32,396 nt of DNA from a virus (IMGVR_UViG_3300032281_000691:1-32396), one strand, 5' to 3'. Positions 1 to 8,777 are shown, counted from the first letter of the stretch. Translations and numbers: made by a program. The notes: generated by a model from the letters alone, not told the origin.

Positions 1-99
1 ATCCACACCTTTGACATACCATCCTTTTTCAAGGCATAGGCGGGTGATGTATGATCCAATAAAACCTAAACAACCAGTTACATATACTATTTTAGTCAT
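1..99 (-). CDS. NAD-dependent epimerase/dehydratase (NDP-glucose 4,6-dehydratase-like), N-terminal fragment cut by the window edge
   Basis: Not in the ORF track. Hand translation from the ATG at 99 gives MTKIVYVTGCLGFIGSYITRLCLEKGWYVKGVD, a Rossmann TGxxGFIG motif with an acidic residue after beta-2. ATGA overlap with the upstream stop at 96-98. Confidence 0.85.
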   Translation of the reverse strand, partial: MTKIVYVTGCLGFIGSYITRLCLEKGWYVKGVD

Positions 100-779
100 A
101 AAAAATCCTTGAAATGTGTATTTAAAATATCAATTCTTCTATTATTTCCTGCACCCGTCAAGTGTACCAAAAATGATTCAGAATTCCATACACCAACTGG
201 TTCTGGTCTAGTTTCCCATCCCTGAGCATATTGTTGTTTTGAGGGAGTGGATCCAAGATATTTATGTTCTAAACTTTTAGTTCCAATTGAAAAATTTTTA
301 TGTATAACATTCAAAGTCTCTTGTTCGGAACTGAACGATGGACCTATTTTGTAGAATAATTCCAACAAGTTATCAGTATTATTTGTTTTTTGAACTATAA
401 AATTTCCAGTGCTAAATGATTCTTTCCACATCCAATCATAAGATGCAACAAATGTTGTATTATCATCCATAAAATCTTCAAGTCTATAATCATAATTTGT
501 TATTAATGAATCTGCATCTATCCACATCACTGCATCATATGATAACAACATTTCCATTGCTCTTATGAATCTTAATTGTCCTATATGTTTATCGCTGAAT
601 ATATTTCTAGGATCCTTTCCAAAGGATCGTAAGGACATCAAATCATAATTGTTATATTTTACATATTTATTTTTTGATGGAAGCGTAAGATCAAATACTT
701 CTTGCATATACGCATCGGTACATCCATCAGGCCTAATATCATCAGTATAACCAGTTAATAATAAAACACGCTTATTCAT
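96..779 (-). CDS. GT-A glycosyltransferase, GT34/Mnn10-like
   Basis: YDAVMWIDADSLITN DxD motif, FSTGNFIV, EQETLN and FLVHLTG resemble the galactosyl transferase GMA12/MNN10 family; lies in a sugar gene cluster. Confidence 0.7.
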   Translation of the reverse strand: MNKRVLLLTGYTDDIRPDGCTDAYMQEVFDLTLPSKNKYVKYNNYDLMSLRSFGKDPRNIFSDKHIGQLRFIRAMEMLLSYDAVMWIDADSLITNYDYRLEDFMDDNTTFVASYDWMWKESFSTGNFIVQKTNNTDNLLELFYKIGPSFSSEQETLNVIHKNFSIGTKSLEHKYLGSTPSKQQYAQGWETRPEPVGVWNSESFLVHLTGAGNNRRIDILNTHFKDFL

Positions 780-792
780 TATATCTCATTTC

Positions 793-2127
793 TCATAGTA
801 TTGGTAAAGATACTCTATTGTCATTAAAAAAGTCATTCAAAGTCTCTTCTATGTAGTCAAGCTGAACATCAGTTATAACTGGACTTGTTCCTAAGAAGAA
901 GGTATCCGTCGTGACCTTTCTTGCATTGGGGTAATTACGTATGACCTCAAATTCATTCATCATGCCGGAATAAGCTGGCTGAAGCATAATATTTCCGGCA
1001 AAGTATGGCCTGGTTTGAATCTTATTTTCTTCAAAGTAATTTACGATATCCTTTCTCCTGAAAGGGGCATCGTCGCGGATGGTAATAGCAAAGGCAAACC
1101 AGCTAGGATCAGCACCTTCCGTAGCCTTTGGTAAAATTAGCATGTCCTCGTATTTTGAGAAGATCTTCTGAAGTCTTGCATGATTGTGCTTTCTCTTCTC
1201 AATTATTTGTGGAAGCTTCTTCAGTTGCGCCAGTCCCATTGCGGCTTGCTGTTCTGTTGGTTTTAGATTATATCCAATCTCGTCATACACATACTTGTGA
1301 TCAAAAATTTCATCTGGAAGAGCAGGAAGCCAATTAGAGAACCGCTTCTTACACGACCCGTTCTTCAGGAGATTGGCCTTCTTCCCGACGCAATAGCAGC
1401 CTCTACCCCACTCTCTGAAGCTTCTGGTAACTATCTCTTGCTGGTGTGTGTTACATGCTACAAATCCGCCCTCGCCCATAGTAATATGGTGTGCAGGATA
1501 GAACGAGCAGCTAGCAAGTTCGCCAAAAGAACCAAGAGGCTTATTCTTGTAAGTCGATCCCAGAGCATCACAGCAATCCTCAAGAAGCACAAGATCGTAC
1601 TTCTTTACGATTTCCATGAGTCTATCCATATTTGGAGGATTTCCTAGAACATGAGCAAATGTAATGATCTTACAACCATCCTTAGCCTTTTCCTCTACCT
1701 GATCTAGGTTTAGATTTAGCGTATCAAGATCAATATCTACAAATACAGGCTCAAAACCAACCTGGAAAATGGGATTGATCGTGGTAGGGAATCCGGCTAT
1801 TGGAGTAATTACCTTAGTTCCCTTTGGGAAATTGTATAATCTTTTTGATGTCATTGCAGACATCATAATTAAATTTGAGCTACTTCCGCTATTTGTAAGA
1901 ATACCGTATTCTTTCCCCATTAGACGGGGAAATAATTGCTCAAAGCGAATTCCACTTTCTCCCAGTGCAAGCCATCCGTTCAATAAAGACTTGGTTACTT
2001 CAACATATTCATCTGCTGTAAAATAAGATCCAGCATACTGTACCCAGTCCTGTCCAGCCACCCATACTTTACTCTGGTTTTTTTCGTTGATATATTCTTC
2101 AATAGATTTTAAAATATGTTCCATCAT
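793..2127 (-). CDS. rfbH: CDP-4-keto-6-deoxy-D-glucose 3-dehydrase (E1/DdhC/RfbH), DegT/DnrJ family, PMP and Fe-S dependent
   Basis: SFYPAHHITMGEGG (His in place of the PLP Lys), LEDCCDALG, WGRGCYC, FDHKY, GYNLK and TNSGSSSNL are all RfbH/E1-type motifs. Start adjusted to MMEHILK (2127 or 2124). Confidence 0.88.
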   Translation of the reverse strand: MMEHILKSIEEYINEKNQSKVWVAGQDWVQYAGSYFTADEYVEVTKSLLNGWLALGESGIRFEQLFPRLMGKEYGILTNSGSSSNLIMMSAMTSKRLYNFPKGTKVITPIAGFPTTINPIFQVGFEPVFVDIDLDTLNLNLDQVEEKAKDGCKIITFAHVLGNPPNMDRLMEIVKKYDLVLLEDCCDALGSTYKNKPLGSFGELASCSFYPAHHITMGEGGFVACNTHQQEIVTRSFREWGRGCYCVGKKANLLKNGSCKKRFSNWLPALPDEIFDHKYVYDEIGYNLKPTEQQAAMGLAQLKKLPQIIEKRKHNHARLQKIFSKYEDMLILPKATEGADPSWFAFAITIRDDAPFRRKDIVNYFEENKIQTRPYFAGNIMLQPAYSGMMNEFEVIRNYPNARKVTTDTFFLGTSPVITDVQLDYIEETLNDFFNDNRVSLPIL

Positions 2128-2962
2128 GAATGCCCATTCCCCAATCATTCAAATTGGGAATATTATACTTTTCAATACTTTCTCTTATAAATTTTGCTTT
2201 GAAACTATTCTTACGATCATGGTTATCGTAGATCTTTGGATTAATTTTTAAGGGAAAATCAAAGTGACTATAGTTCCACATAAAATTATTAACAGATGCA
2301 TCATATGCGCTTGTGGGTATAGTGTCAATACCAAATCTAACACGATTTACATAATCACATATTTTCCAATAGTACTGCTTAAGTGCTACGGTATCTTTAC
2401 ATAACCATTGAAGGTGTGATATGAATATATTTGGAATTTCTATTCTACCTTGTTTACCTGGAACCGGTAAATGTTCAGAGTGCATTTGTAGATTTTTAAA
2501 TATTGCCCTTGAACTATAAGAACCAATTCTATCCTTATAGTTAACTCCCCAAGGACCATCAATTCTTATTGTATTTACATCGGTATATTGTATCCATCTA
2601 CTATGAATAAGAGTATCCTTATAACTATTCATAATATTTTCCAGATCTTCTTTGGATAAATTTCCATCGAAATATTCATCAGTATCCAAACAAACTATAT
2701 TCCCACTATGCTTAAAGGCCTCGTCATATAGTCTTTGTCGTATTTCAGATTCTATATTTGTTGTTATATCTTCTCTATTGATATTACTGTGCAATACAGA
2801 CAATATGTTATATTTTTTTGCATTATCCATTAAAAATTCATATGTTCCATCTGTACAAGAATCTACCATAAAAACAAAAGCATCGGAATATTTTTGCCAG
2901 TGAGGCATCATTTCCTGTATCAAAAAAAGTTCATCTCTAGTAATTGTTGTCTGAACAATCAT
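2099..2962 (-). CDS. Glycosyltransferase family 2-like protein
   Basis: N-terminal TITRDE, VDSCTDGT and CLDTDEYF DxD motif; ATGA overlap with the upstream gene. Confidence 0.75.
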   Translation of the reverse strand: MIVQTTITRDELFLIQEMMPHWQKYSDAFVFMVDSCTDGTYEFLMDNAKKYNILSVLHSNINREDITTNIESEIRQRLYDEAFKHSGNIVCLDTDEYFDGNLSKEDLENIMNSYKDTLIHSRWIQYTDVNTIRIDGPWGVNYKDRIGSYSSRAIFKNLQMHSEHLPVPGKQGRIEIPNIFISHLQWLCKDTVALKQYYWKICDYVNRVRFGIDTIPTSAYDASVNNFMWNYSHFDFPLKINPKIYDNHDRKNSFKAKFIRESIEKYNIPNLNDWGMGIHDGTYFKIY

Positions 2963-4446
2963 TTTTTATCCTCATACAAATAATGATACATTATCTCTTC
3001 GATGTATATGTGTGTTTTAAGTAAATTAGATTTTACCAATCTTTCCCAAAAGTTTGAATCTTCACCATCGCTGATATCTGGAAACCCTATTTGTTTTGCT
3101 ATATCTGCTTTTATTGGATTTAAATGATTTAATGGTCTGTGCTGAGTGCCTTTACTGTCTTTAAAACTATCTAAATTTGCCGCACTATGACAAAATAGCA
3201 ATGATGGTTCATTTTTATAATAAAACATTCCACAAAACCCAATACCGTCATAATCGTATGTGTCCATTATTAATAATAATTTTCTGAGATAAGATTCACT
3301 TATTATATCATCATCGTCTACGAATGAAATATATTTTGCAGTACAAGAATCCAAACATTCTTGTCTTTTTTTCCCTATGCTTTTAACTTTATTATCATGA
3401 TTAATAGTAACAAGTAAACGATTTTTATAAAGATAAGGACAATACTGATCTAGTAATTTAAGTAATCCATTTAACTTCTCTTTTCTTTCTGGAATAGTCA
3501 ATATGCATATGTTCCAAAGAATATCTTTTTTTGATTTCATTGTATCAATATAATTTTGTATCTCTACTTGTATTCTTTCAAAAAAACAAGAAGCATATTT
3601 TTGTGCCCTAATATAATTTTCCTCTATGAATGGTTTCATGCTTTCATATAATTGTTCATCAATAGAATTTACACTATTGATCAATTCCTGATAACTATTA
3701 ACTATTATCATCCCACGAACATCAAAAAATTCTGATATATTAGGACAACCAAAATAAATTGGAATAGTTTTAGTAACCAAACAGTCTATAAGTTTTTCAG
3801 TAAAATATGAATTTTCTCTAGAACTTTCTATTACTATACTAAATTGAGTTCTAAACAGATTTATCTTATCATCATTTGGCAATAATCCATCATGCAATGT
3901 ATTGGAAAAGATATTGTTATTTGTCGGTGATCTTGTGCTAGAATAAAATAAACTTGGAATTTTAATGTTTTGACGGGTGTTCCAAATATGCTGTCTTAAA
4001 TTATAACCTTCTTTGCCCAAATATGATGTTGTTATAAAGGAAACACCAAACACTTTATTCTTTACACTTTCGTATATTTTTTCATTAAAAACACCAAGCG
4101 AATCTAAATTAACTTTATCCTTATTCAACCATGTTGTTCCATATGGAAAAAAAACAGAATTAGAAACAGAATCTAATATTTCCTTTTCGCTGGTGAGAAT
4201 TAAATCATACTTGTGTGAATTTCTAATTATATTTTCATTTGTTTCTCTGTTAACGGAACTACTGGGTTCATTTGAGCAAATGAAAACTTTAAATCTACTT
4301 GGATCCTTAAATTGAATATTCACATAAGAAACATGGTGTCTCCTGGGCACATCTCCAAATCTAGTAAAGTGTATTTCGCATGGAGTATCTAGCGTTATTG
4401 CTTTAGAAGAAAAGTATGAACCATTAATAATAATAGAATCAGTCAT
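2959..4446 (-). CDS. Two-domain glycosyltransferase: GT10 (alpha-1,3-fucosyltransferase-like) fused to GT2
   Basis: GT10 signature FSIVIESSRENSYFTEKLIDCLVTKTIPIYFG, then a GT2-like domain ICILTIPERKEKL...KYISFVDDDD...GEDSNF. Confidence 0.78.
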   Translation of the reverse strand: MTDSIIINGSYFSSKAITLDTPCEIHFTRFGDVPRRHHVSYVNIQFKDPSRFKVFICSNEPSSSVNRETNENIIRNSHKYDLILTSEKEILDSVSNSVFFPYGTTWLNKDKVNLDSLGVFNEKIYESVKNKVFGVSFITTSYLGKEGYNLRQHIWNTRQNIKIPSLFYSSTRSPTNNNIFSNTLHDGLLPNDDKINLFRTQFSIVIESSRENSYFTEKLIDCLVTKTIPIYFGCPNISEFFDVRGMIIVNSYQELINSVNSIDEQLYESMKPFIEENYIRAQKYASCFFERIQVEIQNYIDTMKSKKDILWNICILTIPERKEKLNGLLKLLDQYCPYLYKNRLLVTINHDNKVKSIGKKRQECLDSCTAKYISFVDDDDIISESYLRKLLLIMDTYDYDGIGFCGMFYYKNEPSLLFCHSAANLDSFKDSKGTQHRPLNHLNPIKADIAKQIGFPDISDGEDSNFWERLVKSNLLKTHIYIEEIMYHYLYEDKK

Positions 4447-4447
4447 A

Positions 4448-5110
4448 TTATACCTTTAATAAATTAAATTGTATGTCTCTTTCCGGAAGACCCATTTCTC
4501 TTAGAGATTTTTCCTTTGAACTATTATTTGCTATACCCATAGTTATGTATGGTTTCATTTCCGGAGGTAGTTTATCTGTTGGCCAGATTGCATAATTTAC
4601 TGGTAATACTCCTAGTCTCAATCTCTTAAGAAACTCCGGTAAAACATCAAACAATAGCACTTCGTGATCAAATACTTTCGGACCAGTATTGGAAGCATTA
4701 TAATGACACTTATCAACCCAAAACTCAAGAAATTCAAATACTATAGATTTTGGTGTTAGATATATTGGTGAAGCCTTTGGTAGTTTAACATCGATCATCG
4801 ATGGAATAATGCCAGAATAAGCAAATATCATATCACAGTGATTTTCTTTATCATCAAATATGCTAAGTTCATTATGAATCAAAGAATCTATATCTAACCA
4901 AACTATAGGTTTATTTTTAAGTTTAAGCATGGTTAAAATAAATTCTGGTTTTCTTAAACAATTCATTCTATAACTACCACTACTCTCTAACTTTCTTATG
5001 TCATAGGGGACATTATGCTCTTCGCAGTTTTTTGCTAAACGAGCAGCATGATCACTATAATAAGTGTGTCCATCTATGTCGGAAAAAAATGATATAATTT
5101 CAGTTTTCAT
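4448..5110 (-). CDS. Nucleotide-diphospho-sugar transferase (GT-A fold)
   Basis: KPEFIL...IVWLDIDS DxD motif, DHEVL and LPVNYA. Start adjusted to the ATG at 5110 (MKTEIISFF), a TAATG overlap with the upstream stop. Confidence 0.65.
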   Translation of the reverse strand: MKTEIISFFSDIDGHTYYSDHAARLAKNCEEHNVPYDIRKLESSGSYRMNCLRKPEFILTMLKLKNKPIVWLDIDSLIHNELSIFDDKENHCDMIFAYSGIIPSMIDVKLPKASPIYLTPKSIVFEFLEFWVDKCHYNASNTGPKVFDHEVLLFDVLPEFLKRLRLGVLPVNYAIWPTDKLPPEMKPYITMGIANNSSKEKSLREMGLPERDIQFNLLKV

Positions 5111-5877
5111 TAAATATAGTTCCAATTTTTCTTAAATATTTTATTAATGTAGTCAAAATTTTGATACATTTTTTCACCACCTTTTCGTAATCTGGGATAA
5201 CAGTAAATTTTGTCAGTAGTATTTAGAACTTCAACAAGATAACACATTGAAGTTTCGACTGTATGAATCTCTTGTGCGTTTTCCAACAACCAACAAAAAT
5301 CAAATATGTGACAGGGGGATCCGTCATTGTATATAATTTTATATTCACTTTCCAAATTTATTTTGTAAGTATTGTATGGACTAGTGAAATACATGGTATT
5401 TACAAATATAAACTTCTCTCCCCTTTCAATCCCATATTTCTTTCTAAGAGAATCTTCTCTGTCTAATTTTCTCTTAAATTGAAAATATTTCTGCCAATCA
5501 TCAAAGGATATATTCAATATTTTATATTTTGAATACATAATGTCTATATCATTTGAATTAAATGAAGATGTTCTAAATGGATAATAGTGAATTACACCAC
5601 CACTAACGGGAGTGCTACTAAATGTATTTGATTTATAATTATCATACAAAACCTTATGCCATATTTTGACACTCTCGCTGAACTCTGCCTCGTTCAACGG
5701 AAAACTAAAATATGAAGTCTTGGGAGTTATCAAATATTCGTGAAGATAATTATATTTTGGATGTATTGGCCAAATAATATTATCCATTCTTTCTGATATC
5801 TCATATACTGCTTTCTGCAAAAAGAAGATGTCCCCCAATCCTCTAGCCTGATCAATTAATGCTATCCGCTTAGTCAT
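5110..5877 (-). CDS. Putative glycosyltransferase (GT-B/GT9-like N-terminal motif)
   Basis: ARGLGDIFF N-terminal motif and C-terminal LLENAQEIHTVETS resemble GT9-like proteins; cluster context. Confidence 0.5.
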   Translation of the reverse strand: MTKRIALIDQARGLGDIFFLQKAVYEISERMDNIIWPIHPKYNYLHEYLITPKTSYFSFPLNEAEFSESVKIWHKVLYDNYKSNTFSSTPVSGGVIHYYPFRTSSFNSNDIDIMYSKYKILNISFDDWQKYFQFKRKLDREDSLRKKYGIERGEKFIFVNTMYFTSPYNTYKINLESEYKIIYNDGSPCHIFDFCWLLENAQEIHTVETSMCYLVEVLNTTDKIYCYPRLRKGGEKMYQNFDYINKIFKKNWNYI

Positions 5878-6250
5878 TTTTATATCTTGGTAATATTTTT
5901 TCTTCTTTTAAGAGACTATTAGTTATTTCATTAATTTTTTGTTTTATGGAATATCTCTTGTCGTTAATTTTATAAACAGATCGTGATAGCAAAATAAACT
6001 CATCATCAAATGTGTTTTGACTTTCTTTGATTCTTAATTTATCTTCTATTTCCCATAATTCTAAATTAGTGGTGTAAAGAGATTCTAATATTTCTTCATC
6101 AATGTGCAACTGATCCACTAGTGGTTTAATTGCATTATACTCCTCATGAATATTAAAATACTTCATGGAAAATGGAATCGCTTTTCTTATTTTAATTTTT
6201 AAAATTGTATATTTGTCTACAATCTCACCATTAGACACTTCTATTTTCAT
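5870..6250 (-). CDS. Conserved helical protein, DUF6165-like, associated with glycosylation clusters
   Basis: MKIEVSNGEIVDKYTILKIK...LWEIEDKLR...RSVYKINDKR...EEK pattern recognised from memory of this family. Confidence 0.7.
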   Translation of the reverse strand: MKIEVSNGEIVDKYTILKIKIRKAIPFSMKYFNIHEEYNAIKPLVDQLHIDEEILESLYTTNLELWEIEDKLRIKESQNTFDDEFILLSRSVYKINDKRYSIKQKINEITNSLLKEEKILPRYKND

Positions 6251-7085
6251 TTTTAATAATATTAGTATAAAGAATATCGTCTGAAGACTTTAGTAATTTA
6301 ACTCTTTCTAAATTGTCCTTAACTGCCTCTAACTTACTTTCATATAATTCTGGAGTAAGTATAATAGGATCAAAGTCAGAAGTCAATTGAATTATTCCAT
6401 CTGAATTAAAGTGTTCAGATATATCGGGTGCTCCCCAGTAAATTGGTATAGTACCAGATGCGAAACAATCTGTTATCTTTTCTGTATAGTATGTCGAATA
6501 TGAATCATTTTCGATCACTATAGAAAATCTATATGGAACTGTTGCGTTAGATTTATCTGGCCAAATATTCTCACCATAACCAAATCTTGTGGTGCCAGCT
6601 GCGCCACCATAGACATCAATAACATCTTTGAACTTTTCTGCTACTATATGTCGGATTGCATGTCCAAATGTTATTTTTTTAGGAGAAGCAATCAAAGAAA
6701 CATTTTTAGTTTTCAATGGTAGATCTCTATAAATGCTCAACCAAGGTAAATTGCTACCGGCCGGACTATAGAGTATGTTTGGATATTTGCATAAACTTCG
6801 CTCTGAAACAAAAACATAATCAAAAGACTCACTTATTTTTTTCAACTCTTTTTCAAATAACTCTCGCGGGAAGGAAAGATGAAATATAGCCCTAGATTCA
6901 CAAACCCATGCTATTTTTTTCTCTCCTTCTTTCTTTGGTTCTTGTAATCCCAAAGCAATACCACGATCAATATAAACCTTTATTGGTCTATCCTGATCAG
7001 TCCATCTAAAAAGTTCTGGTAGTTTATTCGAACACGAAGAATATTCAACTGGAAACGGAGCACCTATCGCTTGTATCTCATTCAT
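6231..7085 (-). CDS. Glycosyltransferase family 10 (fucosyltransferase-like)
   Basis: YRFSIVIENDSYSTYYTEKITDCFASGTIPIYWG, the GT10 nucleotide-sugar binding signature. Confidence 0.82.
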   Translation of the reverse strand: MNEIQAIGAPFPVEYSSCSNKLPELFRWTDQDRPIKVYIDRGIALGLQEPKKEGEKKIAWVCESRAIFHLSFPRELFEKELKKISESFDYVFVSERSLCKYPNILYSPAGSNLPWLSIYRDLPLKTKNVSLIASPKKITFGHAIRHIVAEKFKDVIDVYGGAAGTTRFGYGENIWPDKSNATVPYRFSIVIENDSYSTYYTEKITDCFASGTIPIYWGAPDISEHFNSDGIIQLTSDFDPIILTPELYESKLEAVKDNLERVKLLKSSDDILYTNIIKNENRSV

Positions 7086-7092
7086 AAAAATA

Positions 7093-7494
7093 TCACCTTC
7101 CTATATGGTATTTAGGTACGAGTTCCCAGTCTCCCTTCTCCTTATGCGAAATAATCTTTAAACGAGCAAGACTTAATTGTTTTTCATATTCACTTGGATC
7201 TACTGCCTCAACCAGACCCCAATCAACTAGAAGTTTTACAATTGTATTTCTTCTCATTTCGTCTTCTTCACTTATGTCGCTTTCCAGTCCATCCATTAAG
7301 AACATTTCTTTAAAATGCATAATGGCATATCTACCCCGTTTGTGTAGAATGTGGCAAGACTGATATAATTTCTTTTCATGCTTGGAAGAGACGCCTAGGC
7401 GAGTAAGAGTTTCCTTGACCTTAAGGAAGTCTTCTTTATTTTTGAGTTTAATCTCAACCCCTAAACCGTCAAAAATATCATCATCATTTTCCAT
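7093..7494 (-). CDS. regA: T4-like translational repressor RegA
   Basis: DFLKVKETLTRLGV, LYQSCHILHKRGRYAIMHFKEMF, RRNTIVKLLVDWGL and WELVPKY are RegA hallmark motifs. Confidence 0.96.
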   Translation of the reverse strand: MENDDDIFDGLGVEIKLKNKEDFLKVKETLTRLGVSSKHEKKLYQSCHILHKRGRYAIMHFKEMFLMDGLESDISEEDEMRRNTIVKLLVDWGLVEAVDPSEYEKQLSLARLKIISHKEKGDWELVPKYHIGR

Positions 7495-7517
7495 AATATC
7501 TCCGTAATTTACGGCAA

Positions 7518-7525
7518 TATTTATA
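7518..7525 (-). promoter_or_regulatory. T4-type late promoter TATAAATA upstream of regA
   Basis: Exact TATAAATA on the minus strand, between a terminator and the regA RBS (GGAG), 23 nt before the ATG. Confidence 0.75.
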
Positions 7526-7543
7526 AAAAACTCGATTTACAAT

Positions 7544-7568
7544 AAAAAAACCCCGCTTTCGCGGGGTT
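7544..7568 (-). terminator. Rho-independent terminator
   Basis: Minus strand AACCCCGC-GAAA-GCGGGGTT running into a T tract (GCGGGGTTTTTTT). Confidence 0.92.
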
Positions 7569-7589
7569 CCTTTTAAAAATTAGTTTGAA

Positions 7590-7892
7590 TCAGACTTCGC
7601 TTGGAGTCTTATTGCACACTTGAGTCTTATTGTAGACGGCGCTACACTTGTTCTTAAGGCAATGTAGTGATTCGTCAATACGATCAACCCGGCGTTCAAT
7701 CTCAACAATGTAATCGCTCTGATAACGCTCTTCGATGCGAGAATTTAGTCTGAAGTTATCATATGCAAGAAAAATAAACGAAAGACCGGCAAAAGAAGCA
7801 ACCACATTAAATTCTGAGCATGAGAAATGAAGAACTACTGCGGCAAAAAGCGAAACAAAAGCAAGAAAACGATAGCTAAAATAATTAGACAT
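7590..7892 (-). CDS. Small membrane protein with two predicted TM helices and a charged C-terminal tail
   Basis: Start adjusted to MSNYFSYRF behind a strong AGGAGAG RBS; hydrophobic FLAFVSLFAAVVLHF and VVASFAGLSFIFLAY segments; terminator directly downstream. Confidence 0.7.
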   Translation of the reverse strand: MSNYFSYRFLAFVSLFAAVVLHFSCSEFNVVASFAGLSFIFLAYDNFRLNSRIEERYQSDYIVEIERRVDRIDESLHCLKNKCSAVYNKTQVCNKTPSEV

Positions 7893-7920
7893 TTTTAAAT
7901 CTCTCCTATAAAGACGCAAA

Positions 7921-8097
7921 TCAACTGGAAGTAGAGTTATTGGAGTTTTTTTCATTATAATCACCATTCATCACTTTAAGTAATAGATTTGCAATTTGAT
8001 CAAGTTTCTTATTTTCAAGGATGAGGTTGACCTTGATCTTATCAACTTCCCCCTTTAACGATTGTATAAGTTGTATTTGTTCTTGTGTTAGTGTCAT
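7921..8097 (-). CDS. Hypothetical 58-aa coiled-coil-like protein (absent from the ORF track)
   Basis: Hand translation MTLTQEQIQLIQSLKGEVDKIKVNLILENKKLDQIANLLLKVMNGDYNEKNSNNSTSS; fills the gap and starts 5 nt after the upstream stop. Confidence 0.6.
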   Translation of the reverse strand: MTLTQEQIQLIQSLKGEVDKIKVNLILENKKLDQIANLLLKVMNGDYNEKNSNNSTSS

Positions 8098-8102
8098 AAA
8101 AA

Positions 8103-8378
8103 TTACATCAAAAATGCGATACTTATATTTGCACCAGTTAAAGATGTAATTTCATAGATTCTAAACGGCACAAAAAAAGTAGTATCGTCTGGTACATTTA
8201 AAACAAACGAACCGGTTGCAGTTCCATCTGGTTTCATTCCCTTTACCGTTACAACCGCAGTAGCGGCACCCGTATTGCTAATATGTAAACACTTATGCTT
8301 TGGAATTGAGGTGACCGCCAACGATGATGAAGTTGTTAATGCCTGAGCCTTTACTACAGTATATGATGTTTCTCCCAT
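8103..8378 (-). CDS. Small beta-rich protein, possibly capsid decoration or spike base
   Basis: AAGGA RBS; Thr/Ala/Val-rich with alternating hydrophobic residues; LHI..TG, DG, NVP..T..VPFRI pattern is reminiscent of head-spike base proteins (weak). Confidence 0.55.
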   Translation of the reverse strand: MGETSYTVVKAQALTTSSSLAVTSIPKHKCLHISNTGAATAVVTVKGMKPDGTATGSFVLNVPDDTTFFVPFRIYEITSLTGANISIAFLM

Positions 8379-8393
8379 TTAAAATCCTTTCTA

Positions 8394-8777
8394 TTATTTA
8401 TGCCCACCAGTATTTAGGTGAGATTTAATTATAGCAATCTGTTCATCAGAAAGCAAGGGTAGAATTTGTTTTGCCTTTTGAACCGAATAACCATAATACT
8501 GCTTTATTGCATCAATATCTGGGTTTTCTTCCTGTTTCGTCCATTTACTGAATCGACTTCTCCTTGAGAGTTTTTCGCGCAAATAATCATATTGCATCTT
8601 CTTGTCCAAATGTGGCATCAGATTCATTTGATTTGCGTAAAAAACTGTGTCTGGAAAATAAGATAGACACCTATTTGTCACGAAAGGTAGGTAATCCTTT
8701 TCGGCAAGAGGATCTTGTTTGATGAGATCCTTCTTGTTGTAGTTAATAGAACTTAGAAAATCACCCAAAGACGGCAT
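8394..8777 (-). CDS. gp62: Clamp loader small subunit gp62
   Basis: YLPFVTNRCLSYFPDTVFYANQMN, QYDYL, KQYYGYSVQKA; follows gp44 with a TAATG overlap. Confidence 0.94.
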   Translation of the reverse strand: MPSLGDFLSSINYNKKDLIKQDPLAEKDYLPFVTNRCLSYFPDTVFYANQMNLMPHLDKKMQYDYLREKLSRRSRFSKWTKQEENPDIDAIKQYYGYSVQKAKQILPLLSDEQIAIIKSHLNTGGHK

